From the sequence record SRR20825010_290: 34,621 bases of DNA; one strand, 5' to 3'. The translations under genes and the position numbers were made by a program. Positions 17,794 to 27,637 of this stretch are shown one piece after another (within the stretch, counting starts at the first letter, position 1; every line of letters begins with the position of its first letter). A model generated the notes under the pieces. It searched no databases and was not told where the DNA came from. It worked only from the letters and a program-made list of their open reading frames with translations.

Positions 17794-18840
17794 TCATGCC
17801 CTTGCTATGGCATATATCTTTATCAGTTCGTTTTTGCCCCTTAGCTCCTCTTCTCCCAGTAGTTCATGTTTATAATCATTTTGATGACTGATTTTATCAT
17901 AGAAGCATTCGGACACCAGCAATGGACGATCATAATGATTGCATTTTTCTTGAATTCTAGCCGTAATATTCATCGTGTCACCATGGTAGGCAATTTCTCT
18001 TTTAATTTCGCCCACTTCGGCCGCAGTGACCGCGCCTTCATTGATACCCGCTTTAAAAACAGGAATCTGTCCATACTTGGTGATGTAGCGATTCTTACGC
18101 TTGTTCAATTGGTCTTGAAACGCCCAAAAGGCTTTTAAACAATTGCTATAATCCATACCTGGTTTAGACTTCCAACTCAACACTACCTCATCTCCCACAT
18201 ATTGATATACTTCGGCTCCATACTGCTGAACAACCTGCAAATCGAAAAAACAATCTTGTATAAACTGACTGTACCGAATATGGCCTAGCGTTTCGGCAAT
18301 TGAGGTCGAACTCTTGAGGTCAATAAACATAAACACCCTGTCCTCTACCCGTGGTGTATAGAAATCACCTCTAAGCAAACGCCATAGGTTTCCGTCTCCC
18401 AACGACAGGTTGATTTGCCTTAAAATGGCCATTAAAAAATTCACTAAGACAGAATAAAAGAAAACCAATATAGCAGACGGATTGCGTAGGAACTGCCAAA
18501 AATCAATGGGTTCATTAAAGCCAAAGGTGTATTTGATTAGAAAAAAGGCCAGGACAAACATGATAGACATAATGGCAACATTGCTGATCAAACCAAAAAG
18601 CTCCAATCTCCACAGCGGAATTCTTCTATATAAATTACGTTCGATCTTAATTTGAGCCAAGCCAAAGAGAATTCCAGCCAAAGGACCGAAAATTATTATG
18701 AACCGTAAAGCATGAACTGGCTCTGGAGTTGCGGGTGCATTTACCGTGACCCCATAACTACGCATGACTACCCAAAAAGCAATGGCAACCATCCAACCAA
18801 TGATGTAATCTCGTAATATCTTTAGGTTCCGTTTGTTCAT
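17794..18840 (-). CDS. Membrane-anchored class III adenylate/guanylate cyclase-domain protein
   Basis: Four TM helices, then FIDLKSST, YVGDE, GDTMNITARIQ, LRGK. Confidence 0.9.
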   Translation of the reverse strand: MNKRNLKILRDYIIGWMVAIAFWVVMRSYGVTVNAPATPEPVHALRFIIIFGPLAGILFGLAQIKIERNLYRRIPLWRLELFGLISNVAIMSIMFVLAFFLIKYTFGFNEPIDFWQFLRNPSAILVFFYSVLVNFLMAILRQINLSLGDGNLWRLLRGDFYTPRVEDRVFMFIDLKSSTSIAETLGHIRYSQFIQDCFFDLQVVQQYGAEVYQYVGDEVVLSWKSKPGMDYSNCLKAFWAFQDQLNKRKNRYITKYGQIPVFKAGINEGAVTAAEVGEIKREIAYHGDTMNITARIQEKCNHYDRPLLVSECFYDKISHQNDYKHELLGEEELRGKNELIKIYAIARA

Positions 18841-19018
18841 TTAGGCTATTGAGGTGGCTAAGTTAAATCAGATATATTTAAAGGCAATTTTTGAACCAAT
18901 GCAAATTGATTGCGTTGTCAAACATTTACTTTATTTGAGGGGTTAAACCATTTGTGATGCACTCACCTGATAACAGTTACCATTTTTTTAAACTATAATT
19001 ATTCAAACTAATATTTAA

Positions 19019-19026
19019 TATATTTG
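19019..19026 (+). promoter_or_regulatory. Bacteroidota -7 promoter box, 4 nt before ATG
   Basis: TATATTTG-GCCC-ATG. Confidence 0.7.
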
Positions 19027-19030
19027 GCCC

Positions 19031-19879
19031 ATGCCTCAAAGCGACACAAGGTTTAATTTGACCACTCCATTTTCCCTTGGCACTTTGTTCTGTTTTTTGA
19101 TTTTCTCCTGCTCAGAACCAGAGGTTTCTAATACTGTCACGCTAGAAGTAAAACACATTGAGTTGCAAAGTCCTGAAGATATTCTTCCTTTGAAGGATTC
19201 ACTGGTGGCTCCTATGTTATATTCCCACATCAAAGGGATCGATACCCTTGAGGTTAATGAAAAGAAGGACAAATTCATTTCCGCCATTTTACCAGCCATT
19301 TTGGTAGCTAAATACAGGATTGAACAAAATAGGAATAAGGTTAAAAAACTATTAAAGAAAGAAAATTGGACCGCTCAAGACAGCACCTTTTATAACCACC
19401 TCTGTTCTGAATACGGAACCGACAACCAAACGGTTTTATTGAACCGAATGATAGTCCACCCCAATAGTATTATTTTAGCACAAGCCATTATTGAAAGTGG
19501 TTGGGGCAGTTCAAGGGTTTTTCAAGAAGCCAATAATATGTTTGGGGTTTGGTCATATAGCCCGAATGAGCCAAGAATAGCTGCAAAATTTCAAAGAGAT
19601 GGCGAAACCATCTATCTACGCAAGTATGAAGATTTTGCGGATTCAATTGAAGATTATCTCAAGACAGTGGCGAGAGTGAATGTCTACCGTGAGTTTAGAG
19701 CTGCAAGATTGGTTACCACGGATCCATTTAAGTTAATCACCCACCTAGCCCATTACTCGGAAAGACGAGAAGAGTACGTTATAGAGCTTTCTGCCATGAT
19801 TCGATTCAATGAGCTAACACGGTTCGACAGGTATATGATCGACCCTTCGTACATTAATTTAAGTGGCATTACGCAATGA
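19031..19879 (+). CDS. Bax-like glucosaminidase-domain (GH73-like) lipoprotein
   Basis: LAQAIIESGWGSSR, ANNMFGVW, YREFR..R, YSERREEY; lipobox IFSC. Confidence 0.88.
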   Translation: MPQSDTRFNLTTPFSLGTLFCFLIFSCSEPEVSNTVTLEVKHIELQSPEDILPLKDSLVAPMLYSHIKGIDTLEVNEKKDKFISAILPAILVAKYRIEQNRNKVKKLLKKENWTAQDSTFYNHLCSEYGTDNQTVLLNRMIVHPNSIILAQAIIESGWGSSRVFQEANNMFGVWSYSPNEPRIAAKFQRDGETIYLRKYEDFADSIEDYLKTVARVNVYREFRAARLVTTDPFKLITHLAHYSERREEYVIELSAMIRFNELTRFDRYMIDPSYINLSGITQ

Positions 19880-20919
19880 AAAAGGTTTTATTCATCAGTT
19901 TGATTCTTCTTTTATCTACTAGTGCCAGTGTTTTGGCCCAAGACATTCAGCATGAAATCACTTCTCTGGTCTACCATAGGTTTGGAGATGATCGATTTCC
20001 ATCCACGAACATAGCTACCGCAATTTTTGAAGAGCACCTGAAATTTTTAAAAGCTCAAGGTTATACTTCGCTTACCATTTCGGAAACGGTAGATGAAGTT
20101 AAGGGGAGCGCTTTCACCAAAAGAAAATTAGTGGCCATTACGATTGATGATGGTTATAAAAGCTTTTATGAAAATGGGCTCCCACTGCTTAAGAAATATG
20201 GTTTTAAAGCCACATTATTTATCAACACAGCGTCCATCGGCTACACAGATTACATGTCTTGGGAAGAAATAGCTGAAGCCCAGAAAGCAGGCGTAGAAAT
20301 TGGCAACCACAGTCATAGTCACCCTTTCTTCTTGAGCGTTTCTGAACAAACTAGAGGCAGCTTTTTCAAACATGAAGTACAAGAAAGTCAAGACCTGATG
20401 AAAGCCAACCTCAACTTTAGCCCAAAGGTTTTTGCTTATCCCTATGGAGAGCATGATGTGGAAATGAAGGTTGCTTTGAAAGAAATGGGCTTTAAGGGAG
20501 CCGTTGCCCAAAACTCTGGAGTAATAACGGAGTACTCGAATGTGTATCAGTTTCCTAGGTTCCCCATGTCGGAATCCTATGGTGATTTAGGTCAGTTCAA
20601 AGAAAAAATGAAAATGAAGGGGTTGGCGGTCAATAAAGCAGAGGCTATTTCTGCGGGGAATAGCTATAGTGTGAGAAAACCCAATGTCAGTCTTGAGTTT
20701 TTCAAAAATGACTTGGTGGTAGAATCAATGCAATGTTTTATTCAAGGCAGCACCTGTGCCAAGTCCGTGGAAATTACACGAGACGGTAAAGTAGCACTTT
20801 CAATTCAGCCCGAAACCGACTTAAAAAGAAGAAGAACACTGTTCACGATTACCGTACCCGACTCAAAAGGAAACTGGCATTGGTACAGTTATTTGTGGGT
20901 GATTCCTGAAATTAAGTAG
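19876..20919 (+). CDS. Secreted polysaccharide deacetylase (CE4/NodB)
   Basis: YHRF, TIDDG, GNHSHSH, FAYPYG; ATGA overlap with the upstream gene. Confidence 0.92.
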   Translation: MKKVLFISLILLLSTSASVLAQDIQHEITSLVYHRFGDDRFPSTNIATAIFEEHLKFLKAQGYTSLTISETVDEVKGSAFTKRKLVAITIDDGYKSFYENGLPLLKKYGFKATLFINTASIGYTDYMSWEEIAEAQKAGVEIGNHSHSHPFFLSVSEQTRGSFFKHEVQESQDLMKANLNFSPKVFAYPYGEHDVEMKVALKEMGFKGAVAQNSGVITEYSNVYQFPRFPMSESYGDLGQFKEKMKMKGLAVNKAEAISAGNSYSVRKPNVSLEFFKNDLVVESMQCFIQGSTCAKSVEITRDGKVALSIQPETDLKRRRTLFTITVPDSKGNWHWYSYLWVIPEIK

Positions 20920-20988
20920 TCTTTTGGATTTTCAAACTTTTAAGCGAGGGTTTTAGTTCTTATTAATGTATTCTTAAACTGTTAATTT

Positions 20989-21339
20989 ATGCTCACTAAT
21001 GTAAGTCCCAAACTGCCAATGCGCATGAAAAGCGTGACACAAGATTTCTATGTTTCTAAACTGGGTTTTGAAGAGTTTGGAAACTATGACGGTTATTTAA
21101 TGGTGAAAAAGGATCAAATTGAAATTCACTTTTTTGAATTCAAGGAGCTTGAGCCAAGCGAAAATTATGGCCAAATCTATATCCGAACCAATGATATTGA
21201 AGGGCTTTATCAGTCTTTCTTGGACAAGAAAATAGACATTCACCCTGCTGGACATTTACAAATGAAGCCTTGGGGACAAAAAGAATTTGCTATTCTTGAC
21301 CCCGACACTAACCTGATTACTTTTGGGCAGAGTGTTTAA
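20989..21339 (+). CDS. VOC / bleomycin-resistance family protein
   Basis: FY..KLGF, KPWGQKEFAILDPD.NLITFGQ. Confidence 0.9.
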   Translation: MLTNVSPKLPMRMKSVTQDFYVSKLGFEEFGNYDGYLMVKKDQIEIHFFEFKELEPSENYGQIYIRTNDIEGLYQSFLDKKIDIHPAGHLQMKPWGQKEFAILDPDTNLITFGQSV

Positions 21340-22679
21340 TTACCCTCCAACTCCTCAAGCAATTGCGTATTCGCAGGGTGCTCATTGAATTTATCAAATT
21401 CCAAGAAATAATTCCCGGGATCGAAGCCGACAAAGCCTGAATATTTGCCTTCTTCATCGTTAGAGATAGTGTTCTCTCTCAGTTCGAAAGGCTTTCGGCC
21501 TTGTACATAGTTAAACCAACCCTCTAGGTCATTTACCATAAAACCTACATTTACGGCTTTGTCCTTTGCGTAGGAATGCATTCCCCTACTCACATCTACC
21601 AAACCTATATAACTGTCGTCCGTAGTCCTATAAATCTTTGTCCAAGTTTGGTCGGCAGCCAATTCAAAGCCCATTACATTTTCATAGAAATTCTGAAGTG
21701 GCAATAAATCTTTGTAGTACAACCAAGTAATTGAAGCATGAAAACCCAAGCCTTTCCCATTGTGAATTGCAGAGGTCAGCAGGTCATCGGTTTTAGCTAA
21801 ATATGGAATAAAGTTTTCATTCTCTTGATCTTGCTTAAACACTTCAAATTCAAGCAAGTAACCTTCTGGGTCTACAGCTACAAAACCATCATGCGGACCT
21901 CCCTCCTTTGGTTTATAAGTGTATTTAATCTCCACCTTGTTTTCCTGCAAATAGTCATACCATTCAGCCAGCTGACGGGTAAGAAAAGCAACCGCAACAG
22001 ATTTAGGTTCATCCGCTGAATGCATGCCTTTAGCGGCATCTACTAGCGTAATAAATGAAGTATTGGAGATCTTGAGGATATTAGCATTGTCGTATTCGGC
22101 TACTAAACTGAGCCCCATTATTCCAGTGAAGAAGTCGGTAGCCTTTTCTAAATCTTTATAGTAGAGAAACACATTACTCGCCTTTACACCAAAGTCAGTT
22201 AGCCTTCGGTAATTGGTATTAGCGGCAAGTTTATCATTAATTCCTTCGGCCGAATAGCCTAGCAATCGTCCGAGTCTCCTAGAAATCCCTAGCCTCTCCT
22301 GCCCCTCATACAAACCCGCTTTCTCTAATTTATCTCTGTCAGCCTTGAGCTGAACATAAGCGTCATGGCTATTGCCTTTGTATAGAATCAGTACTTCTTT
22401 TCCATCGGCAATCCCCGCATCAAACAAATCCGTTTTTATTAGTGCTGCTTCGCGTGTTAGCTTTATGTTGTACTTGTTCGCTATGCTTTCTGCGGCTGGA
22501 AGAAAGTCATCCATTTCCGATGCAGTCATCGGTTCACTGAAAGCAATTTGCTTGGCTCCACTGTCCACCATTTCAGCAAAAGCAGCTAAACTCCCTAATT
22601 CGTTGTTGAACTTTTCTGGCTGGCTACAGCCCAGAAAAAGGCTCGTAATGACTGCTATGGCTAATATTCTAGATTTCAT
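21336..22679 (-). CDS. Lipoprotein with an unknown N-terminal domain and two VOC/glyoxalase domains
   Basis: Lipobox FLGC; repeated LYYKDL...MG..L.A and DP.GY/NY.LEF units. Confidence 0.85.
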   Translation of the reverse strand: MKSRILAIAVITSLFLGCSQPEKFNNELGSLAAFAEMVDSGAKQIAFSEPMTASEMDDFLPAAESIANKYNIKLTREAALIKTDLFDAGIADGKEVLILYKGNSHDAYVQLKADRDKLEKAGLYEGQERLGISRRLGRLLGYSAEGINDKLAANTNYRRLTDFGVKASNVFLYYKDLEKATDFFTGIMGLSLVAEYDNANILKISNTSFITLVDAAKGMHSADEPKSVAVAFLTRQLAEWYDYLQENKVEIKYTYKPKEGGPHDGFVAVDPEGYLLEFEVFKQDQENENFIPYLAKTDDLLTSAIHNGKGLGFHASITWLYYKDLLPLQNFYENVMGFELAADQTWTKIYRTTDDSYIGLVDVSRGMHSYAKDKAVNVGFMVNDLEGWFNYVQGRKPFELRENTISNDEEGKYSGFVGFDPGNYFLEFDKFNEHPANTQLLEELEGN

Positions 22680-22681
22680 TC

Positions 22682-24346
22682 TTACTTATTTGTAAACAAT
22701 GGTGGATGTTTCTCATCGAAGTCTGTTACATTTTGATACGCTTTGGCCAATGCTAAAATCACACCTTCATCGTACAAATTACCAATAAGTGTTAGACTGG
22801 TAGGTCTGTTGCGTTGATCGAATCCTGTAGGAATGGCAATTACAGGATGCCCTGTTAAATTGGTAGTCAACAACTGGCTTCCGCGCGAAGTTTGAGAAAT
22901 GATGACATCATATTGCATGAACAAAGCATTCACTTCTTCAATCAACTGTCTTCTTTGGCGGTTGGCCTGCAAGTATTCAACGGCTGGAATAAAACGTGCC
23001 TGACGCAATGAATTTGCTCTTGAGCCTCTGGTTTGCTCCACCATACTGTCCGCATCACCAGAAAGCACTAGGTCATCGAAGAACGCACCTGCTTCGGCAC
23101 GAAGAATAATATCAAAAACATTGAATGGATAATTGGTCGGTAGCTCTATTGCCGTAGGCGTAATTCCCATTTCTTTGAACACGCCTAAAGCCGATCTGAT
23201 GTTATTCCCGGTAGACGAAGAATCTCGGTCGATGTCTCTTTTTAAATAGGCTACTTTTAATTCGCTTGGCTTTTTTGTAGAACGATTAAAAGGCGCAGTA
23301 TTGGTCGTTGGATCTTTTGGGTCTTTGCCATAAATGGCATCAAATATAATCTCGCAGTCTTCAGCCGAGCGACACATTGGCCCAATTTTGTCCATCGACC
23401 AGCTTAAGCTCATTACACCGTAGCGACTTACTCTTCCATAAGTAGGTCTTAAACCCGTAATTCCATTTCTGGAAGAAGGTGAAGTAATTGAACCAAGCGT
23501 TTCTGTTCCCAATGAAAAAGCAACTAAACCCGCAGAAGTGGCCGAACCTGGCCCAGCAGAAGAGCCACTTGCGCCTTGGCTTAAGTCCCAAGGATTCTTC
23601 GTTTTTCCTCCAAACCATACATCTCCCCTGGCCAATGAACCAGAAACTAATTTAGCAATGAGCACCGCTCCATGGCTTTCTAACTGTTTCACTACACTGG
23701 AAGTATAATCAATCATTTGATGCTCATAAGGAGCCGCTCCCCATGTGGTTGGATAGCCTTCCACAGCCATCAAGTCTTTTACACCATAAGGAATGCCGTG
23801 CAATAATCCTTTGTAATTACCAGCTGCAATTTCTTGGTCTGCTTTTCTAGCTTGTGCCATTCCTAGTTCTTCTGTCAGGTTGATTACACTTTGAAGTTGG
23901 CCATCATAGCGCTTGATTCGGTCTATATAAAGCTTTGTCAATTCTAACGAAGTGATTTTCCTGTTCTTCAGCAGCGAAGCCAATTGCGGAATACTGTAAA
24001 AGGCAATGTCTTCTCTATTGGCTGGCAAGGCTACATTTTCGGGAATAGTAAATGGCGCATTTACTTGTGCTTTAGGTATTTCAAAACCTGCCGGATGTGG
24101 ATCGAAAACCATGGCTGGAAAGGTTTCATTGTAGGTTTCATACTTTCTCAAGGTGTCATAGCCACGCTTATTTCTACCCAAATATTGGTACATGGTATCA
24201 ATGGCGGACTTCTCAAAATCCAAGCCCATTAGTTTTTGGCTGCTGCGAACGTCTTTTTTGCTAAAACCATATTCGTTGGTTTTACAACCCGCTAAAACCG
24301 CCAACAGGCAGCCTATAGCCATAAACATTGTGATTTGCTTTTTCAT
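22682..24346 (-). CDS. Amidase-signature family lipoprotein
   Basis: GIPYGVKDL, GASGSSAG, GTETLGSITSPS; lipobox LAGC. Confidence 0.93.
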   Translation of the reverse strand: MKKQITMFMAIGCLLAVLAGCKTNEYGFSKKDVRSSQKLMGLDFEKSAIDTMYQYLGRNKRGYDTLRKYETYNETFPAMVFDPHPAGFEIPKAQVNAPFTIPENVALPANREDIAFYSIPQLASLLKNRKITSLELTKLYIDRIKRYDGQLQSVINLTEELGMAQARKADQEIAAGNYKGLLHGIPYGVKDLMAVEGYPTTWGAAPYEHQMIDYTSSVVKQLESHGAVLIAKLVSGSLARGDVWFGGKTKNPWDLSQGASGSSAGPGSATSAGLVAFSLGTETLGSITSPSSRNGITGLRPTYGRVSRYGVMSLSWSMDKIGPMCRSAEDCEIIFDAIYGKDPKDPTTNTAPFNRSTKKPSELKVAYLKRDIDRDSSSTGNNIRSALGVFKEMGITPTAIELPTNYPFNVFDIILRAEAGAFFDDLVLSGDADSMVEQTRGSRANSLRQARFIPAVEYLQANRQRRQLIEEVNALFMQYDVIISQTSRGSQLLTTNLTGHPVIAIPTGFDQRNRPTSLTLIGNLYDEGVILALAKAYQNVTDFDEKHPPLFTNK

Positions 24347-24357
24347 GTAGAGTAGAG

Positions 24358-26571
24358 TTAAAGATTTAACCAGTAAGTCAATTTAAATACCAATGCCCTG
24401 AATTTAGACCTTCCAATATCGATAAATCCCCCCTCAGTAGCTGAATAATTGTCGGTGTACACCAAGAAGAAATCAGATACAGGGGCAAATCGCCATTGAA
24501 TTCTTGAGTTAATGTTAAGGTTATCAATTTGGCTATTGTATTGCACAAAAGTGGTCCAAAATAGCTTCTTTGTAAAGGTAAAATCAAAACGAGGCCCAAT
24601 TAAAATCAGGTTGGCGTCATTGTAAGGTTGCGGTAAGCGAATGCGGTTATAGGCGAAATTAATACTTGTGAAACCCAGCGGTTGATACCTTAGAGAAACG
24701 CTCCCTTCCAAATTCAAACGTGTTCCATTATAGTACTCCCCTGATCTGGTGCTGAGGGAATAAGAAACAGCCTTTCTTTGGTCTGATCGAAAACTGGCAA
24801 TAAAAAGGTAGGTGGTATAGTCTGTATCGCTGGGTAGCGCCAAACCGCCTGAACCGCTCGGGTCAAAACCATTGAACAGGTAAGTGTATTGTTTTCTCAG
24901 TCGGAAGCTGAGCGAAGTGGAATTCTTCCAGTTCACATCATAGAGCAAGTTGGCATCCCAATCCAGTAAGCCATATTCAGAATTACCCACCATATCGAAA
25001 TCAATACCTGGCCCATGGCGCTGAACTCCGCTATTGGCTGGAAAAAAGGAATACCGTGCCGTGCCATTAAGCTGCTTTACATTTCGTCTTCTTACAAAAC
25101 CCACTTCTGGGTTATAGTTCGCGCCTACCTTTTGAGAGAACAAGTTCGCTGAAAACTTCGGTACCCCATAGGCTAAATTAAAGCCAGTGGCATAAGCTTC
25201 ATCGGGTTGCACCTGATCTATCGATTGATGAAAGAAAGCCTTTCCCGACCATTTATTATTGGCCGAAGCCATATTGTAATCCAAGCCAGCGGTTCGGTTC
25301 CATTCCGAAAAATTGGTAGCGTCATAGTCCTCTTCATACTGAAAAGTCTGCTTGTTCACCAACAAGAATGAAACATTGGAGCGATTGAACACCTTTTGTT
25401 GTAGTGATAAGACCGAGAAATTATAAGAAGGCAGGCCAATGCTTTCATCACTTCCAGCCTGCATAGAAAGAAACCCGAGGCGCAGGTCATCATTTACTTT
25501 TCCGCTCAAACGTGTACCGACTGGAATTGGGTTCTGAACGTTTTGACCCGTGTTTTCGTCCCGTGCCACCCCAATTCTTCTAGAGAAAAATGGCCGGGTG
25601 CTACTCGTTCCATAGGCCCCAAAAAGGTCAGCGTTTTCTAGAAAAAACTGACGTCTTTCAGGAAAGAAGATCTCGAATCGATCTAAGTTTGTCACCTGCT
25701 GATCTACTTCTACCTGCGAAAAATCAGGATTTACGGTCACATCGAGGTTTAAACTGGGGGTAACCGCAAATTTCAAATCGAAGCCTGCATCGAAACTGTT
25801 TTCGGAAAGACTCTCATCGAGGTAGTTCTTCTTGGTGCCTGCTGCCAAATAAGGAATGAAGGAGATGTTCGAGCCGGGTTTCTTGGTGGGTTCATCCCAA
25901 TTCAAGGTGCGCATGGTACCCAAATTAACGATGGAAAAATTACGGTTAATGGGCGACCAAGTAGATCGCTCTGTGTATTCGCTGTCTATGCGGTAGAAAT
26001 TCACATTCCATTGGCTTTGATCTTCAGTAAAGCGTAAAGTCTTGAAAGGAATGGCCATTTCTGCCACCCAATAACCATCATATTGTTTAACAACTCCTTG
26101 CCATTTATTATCCCAGTCTAAACTAAAAGCACCATCACCTGCGCCTCCATTGGTAATTAAACCCTCCCTTCGTACGCCAAAAGGGTTGATCCCAAAAAGC
26201 ACCGCATTGGTATTGTCCTGAAATGGGTCGAAAATAACCGAGAATGAATCGTTTGCCTCTCCCCTAAAATCTCTTCTGAGCGATGGTGTAATGTAATTTC
26301 TGTCTCCATTTGGGTTTCTCATTACCCCCGAAACATAGATGAACTCATCATCATAGAGTATTCTAGCGGTAGTCTGGGCAACTGCCAAAGAAGAATCATA
26401 AGGAAAATACTGTTTGAAGTGATAAGCCGAATCAGCAAAAGCCCAAGCGGCATCATTAAGAACACCATCAAGTACGATGGGGCCAGTAGTTCTTCTAATT
26501 TCTAATTCTTGAGCGAAAGTTGAAAGCCCTATAAAAAATAGAAACAGGGCCAAACATGTTTTGAGCATCAT
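24358..26571 (-). CDS. CBM9-like + DUF5916 outer-membrane protein
   Basis: LDG.L.D.AW, AEMAIPFKTLRF, NPDFSQVEVD, FFPERRQFFLEN; C-terminal KLTYWLNL barrel signal. Confidence 0.88.
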   Translation of the reverse strand: MMLKTCLALFLFFIGLSTFAQELEIRRTTGPIVLDGVLNDAAWAFADSAYHFKQYFPYDSSLAVAQTTARILYDDEFIYVSGVMRNPNGDRNYITPSLRRDFRGEANDSFSVIFDPFQDNTNAVLFGINPFGVRREGLITNGGAGDGAFSLDWDNKWQGVVKQYDGYWVAEMAIPFKTLRFTEDQSQWNVNFYRIDSEYTERSTWSPINRNFSIVNLGTMRTLNWDEPTKKPGSNISFIPYLAAGTKKNYLDESLSENSFDAGFDLKFAVTPSLNLDVTVNPDFSQVEVDQQVTNLDRFEIFFPERRQFFLENADLFGAYGTSSTRPFFSRRIGVARDENTGQNVQNPIPVGTRLSGKVNDDLRLGFLSMQAGSDESIGLPSYNFSVLSLQQKVFNRSNVSFLLVNKQTFQYEEDYDATNFSEWNRTAGLDYNMASANNKWSGKAFFHQSIDQVQPDEAYATGFNLAYGVPKFSANLFSQKVGANYNPEVGFVRRRNVKQLNGTARYSFFPANSGVQRHGPGIDFDMVGNSEYGLLDWDANLLYDVNWKNSTSLSFRLRKQYTYLFNGFDPSGSGGLALPSDTDYTTYLFIASFRSDQRKAVSYSLSTRSGEYYNGTRLNLEGSVSLRYQPLGFTSINFAYNRIRLPQPYNDANLILIGPRFDFTFTKKLFWTTFVQYNSQIDNLNINSRIQWRFAPVSDFFLVYTDNYSATEGGFIDIGRSKFRALVFKLTYWLNL

Positions 26572-26782
26572 ACAATAACAGGAATTTGAAAATAAAGACT
26601 GACCTCAATTTACACCAATGGAAAGAACTGTTTACGCTATCATGTTTAAGCTAAAAATAGGACAGTAATCATTTTAATAATGGAAAAAATGAAAAGATGG
26701 CCTCAAAGCTAAACACCCATTACTTTATACCTTTAGCAGTAATTTATTAGATTTATACACTGACCATATATCTTCGCCATTT

Positions 26783-27583
26783 ATGCAATATGAAAGACGA
26801 ACACCTTCCTTAGCATTGCAGGATTTTATTGAGTGTTATTGGTTAATTGACAGTAAAGGAGATTCATCTATTGCCGTCCAAAAGATTATTCCAGATGGAT
26901 ATCCAGAAACGATATTGCATTATAAATCAGACTATGAGGTCAACATTGAGGGCCAATGGCACTTGCAACCTCAACTACTTTTGGCAGGCCAAATTAAGAA
27001 TCACTTTTTCTTAAGAAATACAGGGGAATCGGGAATGATTGGCATCAAATGGCAACCTGCCGCTCTATCGGTTCTTTTTGGCCTTGATATGAGCACAATC
27101 ACCAATAAAATTGTGGAACTACCCAATAATATGTCCCCCCTTTTTAAGCCATTTATAACTGAAAATGTCATCAGTATTTCTGAAAATCCATTGACCATAC
27201 TCGATAGCCATTTGGTTGATGAATTAAAAAATAGAGACTGTAACAACCTCAGCAGCAAGGCGCTTAACATCATCATTGAAAGAAGAGGACTAATTACAAT
27301 TAGCGAGTTAATTAGCTTGTTGTCTTGCAGTGAAAGACAGTTGGAAAGGTCATTTAAAAACGCTGTAGGTTTAAGTCCTAAGTTTTATTGCCGAGTCATG
27401 AGGCTGGGCAGCATCTTTGAACTGATGCAAGAGGGCAATAAGGACTGGGGAGATTTGGTCTACCACTCTGGTTTTTATGATCAGGCTCACTTTATTAAAA
27501 ACTTCAAAGAATTTACAGGGGAAGACCCTTCCTCCTATGGCTTTGATGAAAGGAATATGGCCAACTTCCATTTAAAAAAATAG
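26783..27583 (+). CDS. AraC-family regulator with DUF6597-like N-terminal domain
   Basis: FIECYW, IIPDG; SERQLERSF...VGLSPK; GFYDQAHFIKNFKEFTG. Confidence 0.92.
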   Translation: MQYERRTPSLALQDFIECYWLIDSKGDSSIAVQKIIPDGYPETILHYKSDYEVNIEGQWHLQPQLLLAGQIKNHFFLRNTGESGMIGIKWQPAALSVLFGLDMSTITNKIVELPNNMSPLFKPFITENVISISENPLTILDSHLVDELKNRDCNNLSSKALNIIIERRGLITISELISLLSCSERQLERSFKNAVGLSPKFYCRVMRLGSIFELMQEGNKDWGDLVYHSGFYDQAHFIKNFKEFTGEDPSSYGFDERNMANFHLKK

Positions 27584-27588
27584 AGGCC

Positions 27589-27633
27589 TGTCGGTTTTTT
27601 ACAATACAACGAATTTTAATGCCACTACTTTAG
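27589..27633 (+). promoter_or_regulatory. Putative AraC operator plus -7-like box for the downstream gene
   Basis: TGTCGGTTTTTTACAAT directly after the AraC stop; TACTTTAG-CCTT-ATG. Confidence 0.45.
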
Positions 27634-27637
27634 CCTT

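Noticed and set aside
17794-18840. Pycsar-type defence cyclase
   Set aside because: TM-anchored cyclase in a core-like context with no adjacent TM or TIR effector.
18906-18967. FNR-like (TTGAT..GTCAA) and CRP-like (TGTGA..TCAC) boxes upstream of the cyclase
   Set aside because: Spacers are 6 and 5 bp rather than the canonical 4 and 6 bp.
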